Shown in pieces: positions 28,196 through 39,036 of a DNA stretch of 64,000 bases. How positions within the stretch are numbered: position 1 is the first letter of the stretch; every line of letters starts with the position of its first letter. A program made the position numbers and the translations under genes. Below the pieces are notes generated by a model. The model worked only from the letters and a program-made list of their open reading frames with translations. It was not told the origin of the DNA and ran no database searches. This stretch comes from an uncultured Poribacteria bacterium (lineage in GTDB: Bacteria > Poribacteria > WGA-4E > WGA-3G), in the NCBI GenBank assembly GCA_958296135.2, contig CATQHZ020000001.1:832001-896000 (forward strand), in the 5' to 3' direction.

Positions 28196-30351
28196 TGAAC
28201 TGAACGACGTAAATATTCCATGAAACGCTGCTGTTCTTCATCCTCGATTTCTTCGCCGCCTTTGAGGAACTGCCACGCGCCGAAGAATATGGCACGCGCT
28301 TCTTGGACAACGGAACCTACAGTTCGGAGTTCAAGCGTCATCGCCATTTTGTTCGTCTGCTGGATTTCAGGCGTTGCCGTGTCTTGGATGGTCTGCAGCG
28401 GTACGTTGAATTGTTCCAATACCTGCTTGAGAAACATCTCAGTGTCGTAATTGCCACGGTAATGCGCGGCGATGACGGCAGGTTCGCCTTTCCGCCGCTG
28501 CGCGTGATGAATTCGGAGGTAATACCCCTCCTCTGGAATAGCGTTTACCGCCGCTATCCGTGCTTTAGCAGACGATTTTTGGATGCGGTAGACCTTGGCC
28601 CCGGCGAGTTCCAACATCTCTGTCAAGGCGGCAAGGAGTTCCTGTGTTTCACGCGTATTTCCGAGTGAATCGAGCGCAAAGACGGTATCGGCGAACGCGC
28701 CACCTGCAACGGCGTGGAGATTGTGATGGATGCCCGTGGTGCTGTTCGGTTGCACGTGAATCTGGCGTGCCTCGGGATAATAACCGGCTTTGGAAATGCA
28801 CAGTCTCGTCTCGCCTTCAAAGTCCGTTGCGAGGAAGAAGTGCCCTTCGGGATTAGTGGCGCATGTTTTTTGCAAGTTTGGTGCCTGCAAGGAGACGTTT
28901 TGGAGCGGTGCGCCGGTGTATGCATCCGAAACTTGTCCTTGGACAATTCCGTAGTCAATCTCCGCGAAGCGAATTGTCACGGATGCATGTTTCTGCCGAT
29001 AATTGGCCTTCACCGTCGCTGTGCCGGGCTGTGTAGGTGCTCGCAGATAAAAGCGCGCCGTGCCATTTTTGGAGAGCGTCTGTGTTGCGACGAGGAGGGA
29101 GTGCCGCCGGGTGCGCGCGTAAATCGGTTCGTCATCGGCAATCGGGCGGCCGTCTGCATCTAGCGCGGTGACAGAAATGCCGACATAACTTTTTCCATCA
29201 AACGGCAGCGTGTCTGTCCACGCGTTGATATGCATGTTCTCAGCGGGCGGTGCAACTTTGAACCACTGCGGCGAAGGCAGGCTGTGATTGCCGTAATAGT
29301 TGACTACCTCGGTCTGGACACTATGCGTGCCGTTTGATAGCGGTTTCTCAACGACGACATCGATCAAATCCGCATCGCGCTGATAGTGAAAAGGGACGCT
29401 CACGCCATCAAGTTTGACCTGGATGGAATCGCTGAAGACCTGGTTTCGTTTCAGCATCCATGCGCCGCGTTCGTGTAGCCCATCCGCAATCTGAATTTGG
29501 AGGTGCGGGGTTTTGGTGTGAGTGACTGCCGGGGAATCGTGATGAGAACTGGGTCCTACTGGCCGCGGTTTGATGAGTGTGCCTTTCGGAAAACCCGCTG
29601 CAACGTAACGTGCGAGCCCGAGAAAATAACCGGATGCCTCGCGTTTGAGGTAATCCGCCGATTTCAGTCTCGCTTCCTCCGCCGGATTGGAGTAAAAAGA
29701 TGCCTCGCACACTACTGCTGGGCATTCTGTCAGCCGCAGAACACCGAAGCCAGCGGCCGCGACGAGTTTATCTGAATAGAGCCCGGTGGCAGGCGAAGTG
29801 GGCAAACGGAGCGCGTCGGCGACAGCTTGCTGAATGTATCGCGCCAGATCTAGACTTGGACGTGACTCATCAGCATCGCCGTGATACCACGTGGAGGTAT
29901 AGTTCGTCATCGGCTTATTCTCAATGGCGTTGTGGTGCAGCGAAATGAAAAAATCGGCGCGGCTTTCGTTGGCAATCTGGCTGCGCCTCGGCAGGCTGAC
30001 GTAGGTATCGTCAACCCGCGTCATGATGACGGTAACCCCAGAATTTTGCAACATCTCGCGCAGATAGAGGGCAACTTGGAGATTGATTTCTGCCTCGCGG
30101 AGGCCTGTCGGGCCGCGCTTATAGTCGGGGATGTGTCCTTGTCCGCCGTGTCCCGGGTCAAGGCAGATTGTGAACCCTTTGAGATGGCGGGCGTAGGGCG
30201 GCACCTCTATCTCAGCTATCTCAGCTGGTTCTTGTTGTTCAACGATTTCTTCTGGGTGTTGCGCGCAACTCGTGAACAGCAAAAGCGCGGCGAAGGGGTA
30301 TAGGAGGGTTTTTTTAGGTAGCCGGTGCATTTTCTTCTCGACCGTTTTCAT
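28192..30351 (-). CDS. N-acetylmuramoyl-L-alanine amidase lipoprotein with C-terminal beta-sandwich and degenerate second amidase-like domain
   Basis: Lipobox-like LFTSC; CLDPGHGG, E..INL, TR..D, SLHHNA, P.V.CE.SF.SN..E. Confidence 0.88.
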   Translation of the reverse strand: MKTVEKKMHRLPKKTLLYPFAALLLFTSCAQHPEEIVEQQEPAEIAEIEVPPYARHLKGFTICLDPGHGGQGHIPDYKRGPTGLREAEINLQVALYLREMLQNSGVTVIMTRVDDTYVSLPRRSQIANESRADFFISLHHNAIENKPMTNYTSTWYHGDADESRPSLDLARYIQQAVADALRLPTSPATGLYSDKLVAAAGFGVLRLTECPAVVCEASFYSNPAEEARLKSADYLKREASGYFLGLARYVAAGFPKGTLIKPRPVGPSSHHDSPAVTHTKTPHLQIQIADGLHERGAWMLKRNQVFSDSIQVKLDGVSVPFHYQRDADLIDVVVEKPLSNGTHSVQTEVVNYYGNHSLPSPQWFKVAPPAENMHINAWTDTLPFDGKSYVGISVTALDADGRPIADDEPIYARTRRHSLLVATQTLSKNGTARFYLRAPTQPGTATVKANYRQKHASVTIRFAEIDYGIVQGQVSDAYTGAPLQNVSLQAPNLQKTCATNPEGHFFLATDFEGETRLCISKAGYYPEARQIHVQPNSTTGIHHNLHAVAGGAFADTVFALDSLGNTRETQELLAALTEMLELAGAKVYRIQKSSAKARIAAVNAIPEEGYYLRIHHAQRRKGEPAVIAAHYRGNYDTEMFLKQVLEQFNVPLQTIQDTATPEIQQTNKMAMTLELRTVGSVVQEARAIFFGAWQFLKGGEEIEDEEQQRFMEYLRRSVH

Positions 30352-30494
30352 TTGCGATAACGCCTTCTTCGCGAGGGCCAGGCTTCGCGAGGGGAACCCT
30401 CGGCGATTCGCGATCGCCGGGCCCTCGCGCTACGGTAAGGCCGGCGGGGCCAGGTCCTCGCGCTACGGTAGGTACGGTAGTTTTTGACTTATGC

Positions 30495-30923
30495 TTAAAT
30501 CCTATTCCTCGTTCGGCGTGCCTTGGGGCGGCCGAGGATTTCCGACAGAATAATGCCTTGCCGGAACGTCTGCGGCGACAGATCCGGGAGGACAGTCGTC
30601 GGCAGCGGCTTCGTGCCGGTCCGCGCCGGTGTTCGAGGTTCCGGTGGCATTGGCGGTGGTTCCTCATTTGGCGGCGGTGCAGGTTCCTCGACAGTGTGCG
30701 CTGGCTCCGTTTCCTCAGTCTCTAAAAAATCAGGGAGTGTTTCTGTCTCAAACGGAAAACTCTCCATGAAGGGCGGTAATGCCACCTCGTTATCGGGGGG
30801 CGCGTCATCGTGCCTTTCATTTTCCTGTGTCCGCTGTCGTTCGGCTTTTTTGCGGCGATTGCCCAAGACAAACGTCAGAATGACAACGATGAGCGGTAAG
30901 AGCAGTTGCAAAATGTTGTCCAT
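30495..30923 (-). CDS. YqfB-like membrane-anchored protein of floA operon
   Basis: N-terminal TM, Pro/Glu linker, RQGIILSEILGRPKA C-terminal motif; last gene after floA. Confidence 0.65.
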   Translation of the reverse strand: MDNILQLLLPLIVVILTFVLGNRRKKAERQRTQENERHDDAPPDNEVALPPFMESFPFETETLPDFLETEETEPAHTVEEPAPPPNEEPPPMPPEPRTPARTGTKPLPTTVLPDLSPQTFRQGIILSEILGRPKARRTRNRI

Positions 30924-30989
30924 CGGTTTTCTCCATTTCTGTAGGTTAAGAGTTTCGTCAGTCGCGAGTTCTTGTTCTGCTCGGTGCTT

Positions 30990-31175
30990 CGCGAGGGACA
31001 GGCCCTCGCGCTACGGTAAGTATAAGTTTTTCCTCGGCGATTTGCGCTTGACAGTGGACATATCTGCAGCGAGGCTGCAGATATGATAGCGTTAAAGTAA
31101 GGTAGTTTGCTTTTGCGAGGCAAAGCAAACACATTTTCTGTAGACGTGACCGTGACGGCCCTCGCGCTACGGTAG
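30990..31175. repeat. REP-like hairpins between floA and yqfB-like gene
   Basis: cgcgagggacaggccctcgcgctacgg plus a loop-expanded variant; more copies at 30368-30480. Confidence 0.75.
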
Positions 31176-31206
31176 GGCCGATAGTACTTGACTTATGCTT
31201 TCAATC

Positions 31207-32235
31207 CTACGACAATCCTAGCGAATGCGCCGAGCGCGTCGTGTCTATCTCCTGCGTGCCGCCCGGGGAGGCGATGGATTGCCGCATCTCCGTATCGGCG
31301 AGGATATTGCGCAACTCGTAGTAAGCCATGACACTCATCCGTTCTGAATCAAACGAATCGGATATAGCGAGCGGCACCTCTGCCTCCGCTGAGATTAGTT
31401 TGATAGTCATTTCTTCGACGAGTGCCTTGTTTTCCTCTTCTTCCGCTTGTGCGCGTGCGCGTCGTTCTTCTGCCTTCGCGCGCGCGACTTTGAGTTCCGC
31501 TTCCGCCTGGTCTGTCTGCAGTTTCGCGCCGACGTTCTCGCCGACGTTGATATCGGCGATGTCAATGGATAGGATTTCAAAGGCGGTGCCGGCAGACAAC
31601 CCTTTCGCCAGCACCGTTTCGGAGATGAGGACTGGGTTCTCCAAGACTTGCTTGTGGCTGCCCGCGGAGCCGATAGTCGTGATGATGCCCTCGCCGACTC
31701 TGGCACGGATGGTATCTTCCGTCGCGCCGCCGACGAGTCTGTCAATGTCCGCTCGGACGGTGACGCGCGCCTTGACAATCAGTTGGATTCCGTCACGTGC
31801 GACAGCGGTGATGCCGCCGTTCGTACTGCTTCTTTCGGGGATGTCGATAATCTCCGGTGTAACGCTGACCTGAACGGCTTGTAGCACATCGCGGCCTGCC
31901 AGATCGATGGCGGCGGCTTGCGCGAATCCCAGGTCGATGTTCGCTTTATCGGCGGCAATGAGTGCTGCGACGACGCTACCGACGCGCCCCCCGGCGAGGT
32001 AGTGTGCCTCGAGGTCATCGAGAGAGAGGCTGAGTCCTGCCTTGGTGGCGTTAATCTGCGGTTCAACGAGGGCTTTCGGCGGAACGCGCCGCAAGCGCAT
32101 CGCGACCAGGTCAAAAATGCCCACTTTCACGCCCGCGGCGATGGCAGTAATCCACAGGCCGACGGGGACGAACCACGTAAGGATAACTAGAAATAGGATT
32201 AATCCTACGGCGATTATTGCAACAATTGGTTCCAT
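31207..32235 (-). CDS. floA: Flotillin-like protein FloA (YqfA/UPF0365), copy 1
   Basis: [44 protein letters not shown]. Confidence 0.92.
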   Translation of the reverse strand: MEPIVAIIAVGLILFLVILTWFVPVGLWITAIAAGVKVGIFDLVAMRLRRVPPKALVEPQINATKAGLSLSLDDLEAHYLAGGRVGSVVAALIAADKANIDLGFAQAAAIDLAGRDVLQAVQVSVTPEIIDIPERSSTNGGITAVARDGIQLIVKARVTVRADIDRLVGGATEDTIRARVGEGIITTIGSAGSHKQVLENPVLISETVLAKGLSAGTAFEILSIDIADINVGENVGAKLQTDQAEAELKVARAKAEERRARAQAEEEENKALVEEMTIKLISAEAEVPLAISDSFDSERMSVMAYYELRNILADTEMRQSIASPGGTQEIDTTRSAHSLGLS

Positions 32236-32247
32236 GTTCGTACTCCT

Positions 32248-33138
32248 TTATTCAGTGTTCAAATTCCCTTCGCGGAATGCTCCGGCGAGTGCGCGCGGGA
32301 CGCGTGCCTCTGCTTCGACGACTTTGGCACGCATTTCCTGCACACTGGCAGTCATCTCCTGCTTGCGTGCGACGGCCATTGCGCGGCGTTCCTCTGCTTT
32401 CGCTTGCGCGACAACCAGGTCTGCCTCGGCCTGCTCGGCTTGCAATTCGGCACCGATGTTCTTTCCAACGTTGACATCGGCGATATCAATGGATAGGATT
32501 TCAAAAGCGGTGCCTGCATCGAGTCCGCGGTCTAACACGGTTTTAGAAATGATGTCAGGGTTTTCCAGTACATCTTCGTAGGTTTCGGATGCCCCGATGG
32601 CACTGATAATGCCCTCACCGACGCGGGCGATAATCGTCTCTTCGCCTGCGCCGCCGACGAGGCGGTTGATATTCGTGCGCACCGTAATTCTGACGGTGGT
32701 GATGAGCTCTACGCCGTCTAATGCGAGTGCGCTGATACGCGGCGTGGTAATGACGCGCGGGTTGACGCTCACCTGCACTGCCTCAAAGACATCTCTTCCC
32801 GCCAGATCGATGGCGGAGGAACGTTGGAATGTGAGTTCAATTCGGGCTTTATCGGCGGCGATGAGCGCGCTGACGACGTTCAGCACGTTCCCCCCGGCGA
32901 GGTAATGTGCTTCCAATTCGGCGGTTGTTATTTTCAAACCGGCTTTATGGGCACTGACGAGTCCTTTGACGATGATGTTCGGATCGACGCGGCGGAGTCG
33001 CATGCCAACCAGGTCAAAAATGCGGAGCGGCACGCCTGCCGCAATCGCCGCGATCCACAATCCGACTGGGACGAACCAAAAGAACGCGATAACAACAATT
33101 AAGATAACGAGGGCAACTATCCCCGTAAATGCATCCAT
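32248..33138 (-). CDS. floA: Flotillin-like protein FloA, copy 2 (shorter C-terminus)
   Basis: Same motifs; [13 protein letters not shown]; ends at AFREGNL without the final ADT.MR helix. Confidence 0.92.
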   Translation of the reverse strand: MDAFTGIVALVILIVVIAFFWFVPVGLWIAAIAAGVPLRIFDLVGMRLRRVDPNIIVKGLVSAHKAGLKITTAELEAHYLAGGNVLNVVSALIAADKARIELTFQRSSAIDLAGRDVFEAVQVSVNPRVITTPRISALALDGVELITTVRITVRTNINRLVGGAGEETIIARVGEGIISAIGASETYEDVLENPDIISKTVLDRGLDAGTAFEILSIDIADVNVGKNIGAELQAEQAEADLVVAQAKAEERRAMAVARKQEMTASVQEMRAKVVEAEARVPRALAGAFREGNLNTE

Positions 33139-33328
33139 AATGTGTTTCTCCTTTAGGCCTTACGCAATTTCTTAGCAAATTCCACGTAGGCGCGCTTTGA
33201 TGAAGAGTGATGAAGATTAAGGAAATCCCCGGTCATTTTTTATCGATGGAGACAGGCGGATGTGAACGACATCCGCTCTTACAGTCGCCATCGGGCGTGT
33301 GTGCTTTCCGAACCTTGTCCGATGCCAT

Positions 33329-33808
33329 TTACAAACTTCGGACAACGACCCGATTTCCTTCAACCAGAATCACTTCAATTTCTGTTTCTTTGTCGACAAA
33401 TTCGCCGCGTGTGACGATGTCCACGCGATGTCCATCAATTAGGGCGATGCCTGCTGGGCGCAGCGGCGTGATGGTTTTTCCGGATTTGCCTATCAACGTT
33501 GTTAATTCCTGTGGCATCGCCTGAAACCCATCGTTGCTATTTTGCGAGGTTTTCAGGATGAAGACGTTCCCTATCGGCGTTTCGCGAATCAGCGATAGGC
33601 TGATGATAGCTATTGGGATGGCGAAAACCAGTGCGATGCTGCCGTAGATGAGTGCGGAGTAGAGCCCGACATTCCACCAGATAATGCCGAGTCCGCTGCC
33701 GACAAGCACAACCCCCGGCACCCCTGCTGCGCCGAACCCCGGCAGGATGAGGAGCTCAATAAAAATGAGCAGGAAGCCTAACGCGATGAGCAGTGTTGGA
33801 AACCACAT
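33329..33808 (-). CDS. Short NfeD-like protein (TM + OB fold)
   Basis: ELLILPGFG, LIGKSG..ITPLRPAG, V..RGEF. Confidence 0.85.
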   Translation of the reverse strand: MWFPTLLIALGFLLIFIELLILPGFGAAGVPGVVLVGSGLGIIWWNVGLYSALIYGSIALVFAIPIAIISLSLIRETPIGNVFILKTSQNSNDGFQAMPQELTTLIGKSGKTITPLRPAGIALIDGHRVDIVTRGEFVDKETEIEVILVEGNRVVVRSL

Positions 33809-33810
33809 AA

Positions 33811-35334
33811 TTATTCCTCAAGTGCTTCAACAAAAACCTTAGCTCCCTCGACTTCGAGTACTTTGACGGTGGTGTTTCGTGCGATGAAATCGCCTTCCGT
33901 GATGACATCCACCCGCTTGTTGTTAATCCGCGCACTCCCCGCGGGCCGCAACGGTGTCAACGCGATTCCTGTCTGCCCAAGGTAGCTCTGGAAATCTTCG
34001 GAGCCTGCTGAATGGTATCCGCTATCCGCTGTCATGACTGTCGGTAGCGCGAACTGCCGGAAGGCTTGTGTCTTGGGGAGTCGCCATGCTGCCAGGATTG
34101 CCATCGTGCATGTCAGAATCACGGAGAGGGAGAGCCACTGAATCGCTGTGCCGAGTTCGTAAGCGTTTTTAAAGACAAAAAAGACGCTGCCTAACATCAG
34201 CGTAATGCCGATGATTCCGGCGACACCGAACCCCGGGATGACGAATACCTCGAGCACGATTAAAGCGATGCCGATGACGAAAGCGAGAGCCGCCCATTCG
34301 GCCTCGATCTGGTTGAGCATGTGTCCACCGAAGAAAAGCCCGAGGCACAGCAGTCCAAGGAAACCGGGGATGCCGAAGCCGGGCGTGCGAATCTCGATAA
34401 AGATGCCCAACATCCCTAGCGAAAGTAGGACAGAGCTGATGAGCGGGCTTGTGAGGAAAAAGACGATGCTATCTGCCAGCGTTACTGCGTAGCGTTGGAC
34501 TTGCGCGTCCTCCAACGGTTTCACGCGCGTCACTTGTCCTACGCCGAGTTCTTCTTGTTTCCGCGTGACATCTTCCGTATGCAGTGCCATTTTGACACCG
34601 TCAATCTCAACGATTTCGTATTGTGCGAGCAATGTTGACAGATTTTCCGCTTGCGCGTCGGCGAATTCGTATTCGAGTGCTTCCAGGGTTGTCATGGTGA
34701 GCAGTTTTCCCTGCGCGCAGAGAATTTCCATTTGCTGTCCGGTTTCTGCTTCTTCGAGATATTCTTCTGGGAGCAGTTTCACGATATGTCCATCGGGTAG
34801 TCTGACGAGGACGATTTCCTTATCCACCATTGCTTCGGCGATATCTGGGTTTCGGTTTTGCCGTTCGGCAGTGGCGCGTATAGTTCCTCTGATGTAGGAG
34901 ATGGCTTTTTCGCCGGCTTCTTCACCTTGAATGTTCACGGGTGCGGAGTCGCCGATGGTGCCGCCGGATGCCATCACAATCTGTGAGCAGGCGGCTGATA
35001 TCATTGCGCCTGCGGAGATGGCTTGCCTGTTGACAAAGGCGATAGTCGGGAGTTGCGTCGCCTGAATGGCACGGATAATATCGACGGCGGCATCGACGCG
35101 GCCGCCGGGTGTATCCACATCAAAAACGATGGCATCTGCCTCCGCCTCCTCGGCGAGGCGAATGCCTTGGCTGATGTAGGAGCTCACGCCGCTGCCGATT
35201 TCGTTGCGAATGTCAATGACATAGACGAGTGCCTCATCCGCCGCCATCGCACCGTGGTTGATGAAAAGGCAACCGATGGTTAAGATGAGGAGGTGATAGG
35301 GCACCCCGTTTTTTAGTTTTCGTGCGCGTTTCAT
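33811..35334 (-). CDS. nfeD: Long NfeD (ClpP-like domain + TM + OB fold; YqeZ-like)
   Basis: VDTPGG, AISAGA, EAMVD, EIRTPGFG, TPLRPAG. Confidence 0.9.
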   Translation of the reverse strand: MKRARKLKNGVPYHLLILTIGCLFINHGAMAADEALVYVIDIRNEIGSGVSSYISQGIRLAEEAEADAIVFDVDTPGGRVDAAVDIIRAIQATQLPTIAFVNRQAISAGAMISAACSQIVMASGGTIGDSAPVNIQGEEAGEKAISYIRGTIRATAERQNRNPDIAEAMVDKEIVLVRLPDGHIVKLLPEEYLEEAETGQQMEILCAQGKLLTMTTLEALEYEFADAQAENLSTLLAQYEIVEIDGVKMALHTEDVTRKQEELGVGQVTRVKPLEDAQVQRYAVTLADSIVFFLTSPLISSVLLSLGMLGIFIEIRTPGFGIPGFLGLLCLGLFFGGHMLNQIEAEWAALAFVIGIALIVLEVFVIPGFGVAGIIGITLMLGSVFFVFKNAYELGTAIQWLSLSVILTCTMAILAAWRLPKTQAFRQFALPTVMTADSGYHSAGSEDFQSYLGQTGIALTPLRPAGSARINNKRVDVITEGDFIARNTTVKVLEVEGAKVFVEALEE

Positions 35335-35437
35335 GATAATGACTCCTTTTTGGAACTATAGCGTTTTCAATATAGTATACATTATCCGTGCGTCGCATGT
35401 CAAGGGAATTTTCAAGTTCGCCAGATGCTGTTGATTG

Positions 35438-36043
35438 TTACGCCTTCTGCGCCGCCATGTTTGCAAGGATGCCCAGAATCTTGTCACATCGTTCAATCGT
35501 GTAAACCGCCATATCCATCTGGAGTTTGTCGCCTTCCAACTTCAGAAAGAGCCAATCGATGCCCGATGTGATGGCTCCATAGATGCAGGGGATATCATTC
35601 CCTCGTTGGGCATTAAAGCGTTGGGCGGCCACCATCTCCGCCGCGCACTGTCCGAGCCCCAGTTTCACGTCGGCGTTTTTTGCCTCGACGAGGATGATGA
35701 CAGGTGCCTCCAGAACGAATTGCGCCGGCGACAGGCTGAGCACGAAATCGCAAGTGCCGGTTAATTCGGCCTGAGCATCGACATTGAAGTCAATCCCTGA
35801 AAAGAGACTGATGCGGTAGTCCATGTGGATGCAGAGTTCGATGAGGATGTCAGCGATAATCATTTCGGAGCGCGCCTTCTCGGTGCCGATGGCGTAGGCG
35901 AACGGCACATTTCGTTCCAACGTTGCTTTGAGATGCGGGCTCGGCTCCACTGGTTCAATCCCCGCGAAGATGCCGGGCGCGTTCACCTGTTCTAGGTGAA
36001 ACGTTTCCTGCACTGACTCTAGCGTAAAATGGCTATAGGCCAT
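35438..36043 (-). CDS. Conserved hypothetical, probable PD-(D/E)XK-like fold
   Basis: TEKARSE.II, G.CDF, IILVEAK, GLGQC.AEM.AAQ, G..T.G..W.F motifs; GGAGG RBS. Confidence 0.7.
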   Translation of the reverse strand: MAYSHFTLESVQETFHLEQVNAPGIFAGIEPVEPSPHLKATLERNVPFAYAIGTEKARSEMIIADILIELCIHMDYRISLFSGIDFNVDAQAELTGTCDFVLSLSPAQFVLEAPVIILVEAKNADVKLGLGQCAAEMVAAQRFNAQRGNDIPCIYGAITSGIDWLFLKLEGDKLQMDMAVYTIERCDKILGILANMAAQKA

Positions 36044-36161
36044 GCGAGCGCACCTCCTGCCTCTTGTCGGGTTGTAGGGCTGTCACTCGGGTCTCGGGCT
36101 GTTATGTTCATTTGCCTCTTTTCCATTCGGTAGGAATTGTAGCACAAATGGGCGGCGCGCG

Positions 36162-37817
36162 TCAAGAGAAAATGAGCCGCAATCCCTCAAGTTCTGCAAG
36201 TTTTTGCAGGGCCCATCCTACTAACTCGCTGTTGCCCTCCGCCTCAGCGAGTTCCAATGCCTTTTGCCAATCCTGCTTTGCACCTGCATAGTCCTCAAGC
36301 TGCGCTTTTGCTGTGGCACGTCCATGGTAGGTGATGGCATGGTTGGGGGTGTATCGGAGAACCTTCGTGTAGTCAGAAATAGCTCCCGCGTAGTCCTCAA
36401 GTTGAACTTTTGACACTGCCCGCAAACCGTATGCCCGAGCATCCTCTGGGTTTCGGCGGAGTGCCTCGTCACAGTCGGCAAGAGCCGCTGCGGGGTCCCC
36501 AAGTGCCCCTTTTGCCAAAGCACGCCAAGAATAAGCGGAGGCATCATCTGGGTTTCGGCGGAGGGTTTCATTGCAGTCTGCGATAACTCCTGCGTAGTCG
36601 TTAAGGGTCGCTTTCACCTTTGCACGCCAACGGTATGCTTCAATATCATCGGGTGTGCGGCGAAGGTATTCGTCAAAGTCGGCGAGAGCCCCCGCATGGT
36701 CCCCAATCAGTCCCTTCGCGTCGGCACGCTGGCGATAAGCAGAAACGTGCTCTGGATCTCGGCGGAGCGCGTTATCAAAGTCAATACGGGCCCCGACATA
36801 GTCATGAATCTGGATTTTTGCCCGTGCCCTGCAACAGTATGCAGTGACATTGTCGGGGTTTAGGCGGAGAGATTCGTCAAAATCAAGGATGCCTCCCTCA
36901 AAGTCACGAAGTTGGACCTTCGCATCGCCGCGCCCGAGGTACGCCTTGGCATCGTTGGGCGCACGGCAGATGAACTCCGTGTAATCAATGATGGCCCCCG
37001 CGTAGTCACCTAGCAGTGCTTTCGCGCCCGCCCGCCAGCGATAAGCATGGCCCGCGCCCAGGTTTAGGCGGAGTGTCTCATCATAGTCTGGGATGGCACC
37101 TGCATAGTCCTCAAGTTCAAATTTCATATTCCCGCGACAGTAGTAAGCCGTGGCATTGGCAGGGTTTCGGCGGATAACCTCTGTATAGTCCTCAAGCGCA
37201 CCTGCGTGGTCTTGACTTATCGCCTTTTCTTGAGCACGACGCATATAGTTTGCCTCGTCAAAGGCGAATTCCTCAGTAATCCACGCGTGCAAAACATGGT
37301 TCAAGACCAGGTGTACATCCTCAACCGGTCCATACCGGTCGCTGTCGACGACGACGCTGATGTCACAGAGTGCTGCCAAGTCGCCGCCGCCGAAGCCGCA
37401 CCACGCCACCGTTTTGCATCCGATATCCGCTGCGTACTGCATCGCGCGGAGGACGTTCTCCGAATTGCCGCTCGCACTGATGCCGATAACCAAGTCCCCG
37501 GGATTCACGAGGTTCTTGAGTTGCTCCACGAAGACATCTTCATAAGCAACATCGTTGGCCCACGCTGTCATCGTGGCGACGTTGTCGGTGAGGCTGATGA
37601 CGCGGAAGCGCGGTTTCCCTTCGATGCTCGTACCTTTGCCTAAATCGCAAGCGAGGTGCGATGCGGTGGACGCGCTCCCGCCGTTGCCGATGACAAAGAT
37701 TTGTTTATCGGCGTGATAGGCCTCCATAACTGCGTCTATGGATTTTTGCACGTCTGCTAAGTTTAATCGTGCCAGAACCCCTTGCAAATGTGAAATGTAG
37801 TTCTGAATTCTTTCCAT
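36162..37817 (-). CDS. SIS-domain phosphosugar isomerase (GmhA-like) fused to TPR array
   Basis: GNGGSASTASH, TAWAND, ISASGNSENV, VEDVH in first ~185 aa; ~10 TPR units follow. Confidence 0.88.
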   Translation of the reverse strand: MERIQNYISHLQGVLARLNLADVQKSIDAVMEAYHADKQIFVIGNGGSASTASHLACDLGKGTSIEGKPRFRVISLTDNVATMTAWANDVAYEDVFVEQLKNLVNPGDLVIGISASGNSENVLRAMQYAADIGCKTVAWCGFGGGDLAALCDISVVVDSDRYGPVEDVHLVLNHVLHAWITEEFAFDEANYMRRAQEKAISQDHAGALEDYTEVIRRNPANATAYYCRGNMKFELEDYAGAIPDYDETLRLNLGAGHAYRWRAGAKALLGDYAGAIIDYTEFICRAPNDAKAYLGRGDAKVQLRDFEGGILDFDESLRLNPDNVTAYCCRARAKIQIHDYVGARIDFDNALRRDPEHVSAYRQRADAKGLIGDHAGALADFDEYLRRTPDDIEAYRWRAKVKATLNDYAGVIADCNETLRRNPDDASAYSWRALAKGALGDPAAALADCDEALRRNPEDARAYGLRAVSKVQLEDYAGAISDYTKVLRYTPNHAITYHGRATAKAQLEDYAGAKQDWQKALELAEAEGNSELVGWALQKLAELEGLRLIFS

Positions 37818-37897
37818 GAAGTTCTTCGCTCCTGTCCTCTATCCCGTGGTACGAGGGAATTTTCCTTCGTTTTTTGGCCCTCGCCATGTCAGGGGTT

Positions 37898-38062
37898 CGC
37901 GGGGGACAGGCCCCCGCGCTACGGTATTGAGGGTTTGTTGCATAACCATGTAAATGAGCAGTTCGCGGGGGACAGTGGACATCTCTGCAGCGAGGCGGCA
38001 GAGATGACAAAGTTACACGCACGTTTTCTGTAGGCGTGACCGTGACGGCCCCCGCGCTACGG
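37898..38062. repeat. REP-like hairpins
   Basis: cgcgggggacaggcccccgcgctacgg (compensatory stem changes) plus loop-expanded copy. Confidence 0.8.
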
Positions 38063-38082
38063 GCTAGGGAGGTGCCGGCCGG

Positions 38083-39036
38083 TTATACTACCAACGCGAG
38101 TGCGGCCATATCCCCCAGATTCTCCCCGAGTTGCGCGGGCATGATTTGCGCTGCGTCAACCGGGCGCGCCATTGCCATTTTCGCCACCGTTTCCCGAATC
38201 GGCTGCAGCAATAAGTCACCGGCAGCCATCGCGATTGTCCCAATTAAGACGATGTCCGGGTTCAAAATGTTGAGCAGGTTTGCAATTCCCCATCCCATGT
38301 AATAGGCGGTTTCTTCTATTAGTTGCAGTGCCAATGCGTCTCCATCACGCGCCGCTGCAAGCACGTGTTCCGATTTGATGGCCCGTGCATCGCCATCGGT
38401 TAATTTCAGTAGTGCGGTTTTGGGTGATTTCTGAACAGCTTCTTGCGCGCGGCGCGCGATAGCGGGACCGGCGCATAACGCCTCCAAGCACCCACGCTTG
38501 CCGCATCCACACCGCGGTCCATCCGGTAAAAGGATTTGATGGCCGACTTCCCCTGCGCTGTCGTTGGCCCCGTGATAAATTTGCCCGTTGACGACGAGTC
38601 CGCCGCCGATGCCGGTGCTCATCGTCATATAGAGGACAATATCGTAGCCGCGTCCGCCGCCGAACCGCCATTCGGCGAGCGCGCTGGCGTTCGCGTCATT
38701 TTCGATTGTCGTCGGGATCTGGAATTCGGCTTCAAGGCGCGCCTTGAGCGGTAGCGCGTCCCACCCCGGCAAATTCGGGGGCGAGTAGACAACCCCGGTC
38801 TTCGTGTCCAGAGGGCCGCCGCAACTTACGCCTATCGCCGAGATTGCTTCCTGTTTCAAACCCGCAGCGGCGACGGTTTCGTCAACCATATCAAAAAGGA
38901 GTTGGATGGCGTAATCCGGTCCCTTTTCTGCGAGCGTCGGTTTGCGCGTTTTATAGAGGATGTTGGCGTTTTCATCGGCGACGACGGTTGCGAGTTTCGT
39001 TCCGCCGATGTCGATGCCTACGATGTGTTTTTTCAT
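38083..39036 (-). CDS. ROK family sugar kinase
   Basis: GIDIGGTK, ENDAN, STGIGGG, AGEVGH, CGCGKRGCLE. Confidence 0.93.
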   Translation of the reverse strand: MKKHIVGIDIGGTKLATVVADENANILYKTRKPTLAEKGPDYAIQLLFDMVDETVAAAGLKQEAISAIGVSCGGPLDTKTGVVYSPPNLPGWDALPLKARLEAEFQIPTTIENDANASALAEWRFGGGRGYDIVLYMTMSTGIGGGLVVNGQIYHGANDSAGEVGHQILLPDGPRCGCGKRGCLEALCAGPAIARRAQEAVQKSPKTALLKLTDGDARAIKSEHVLAAARDGDALALQLIEETAYYMGWGIANLLNILNPDIVLIGTIAMAAGDLLLQPIRETVAKMAMARPVDAAQIMPAQLGENLGDMAALALVV

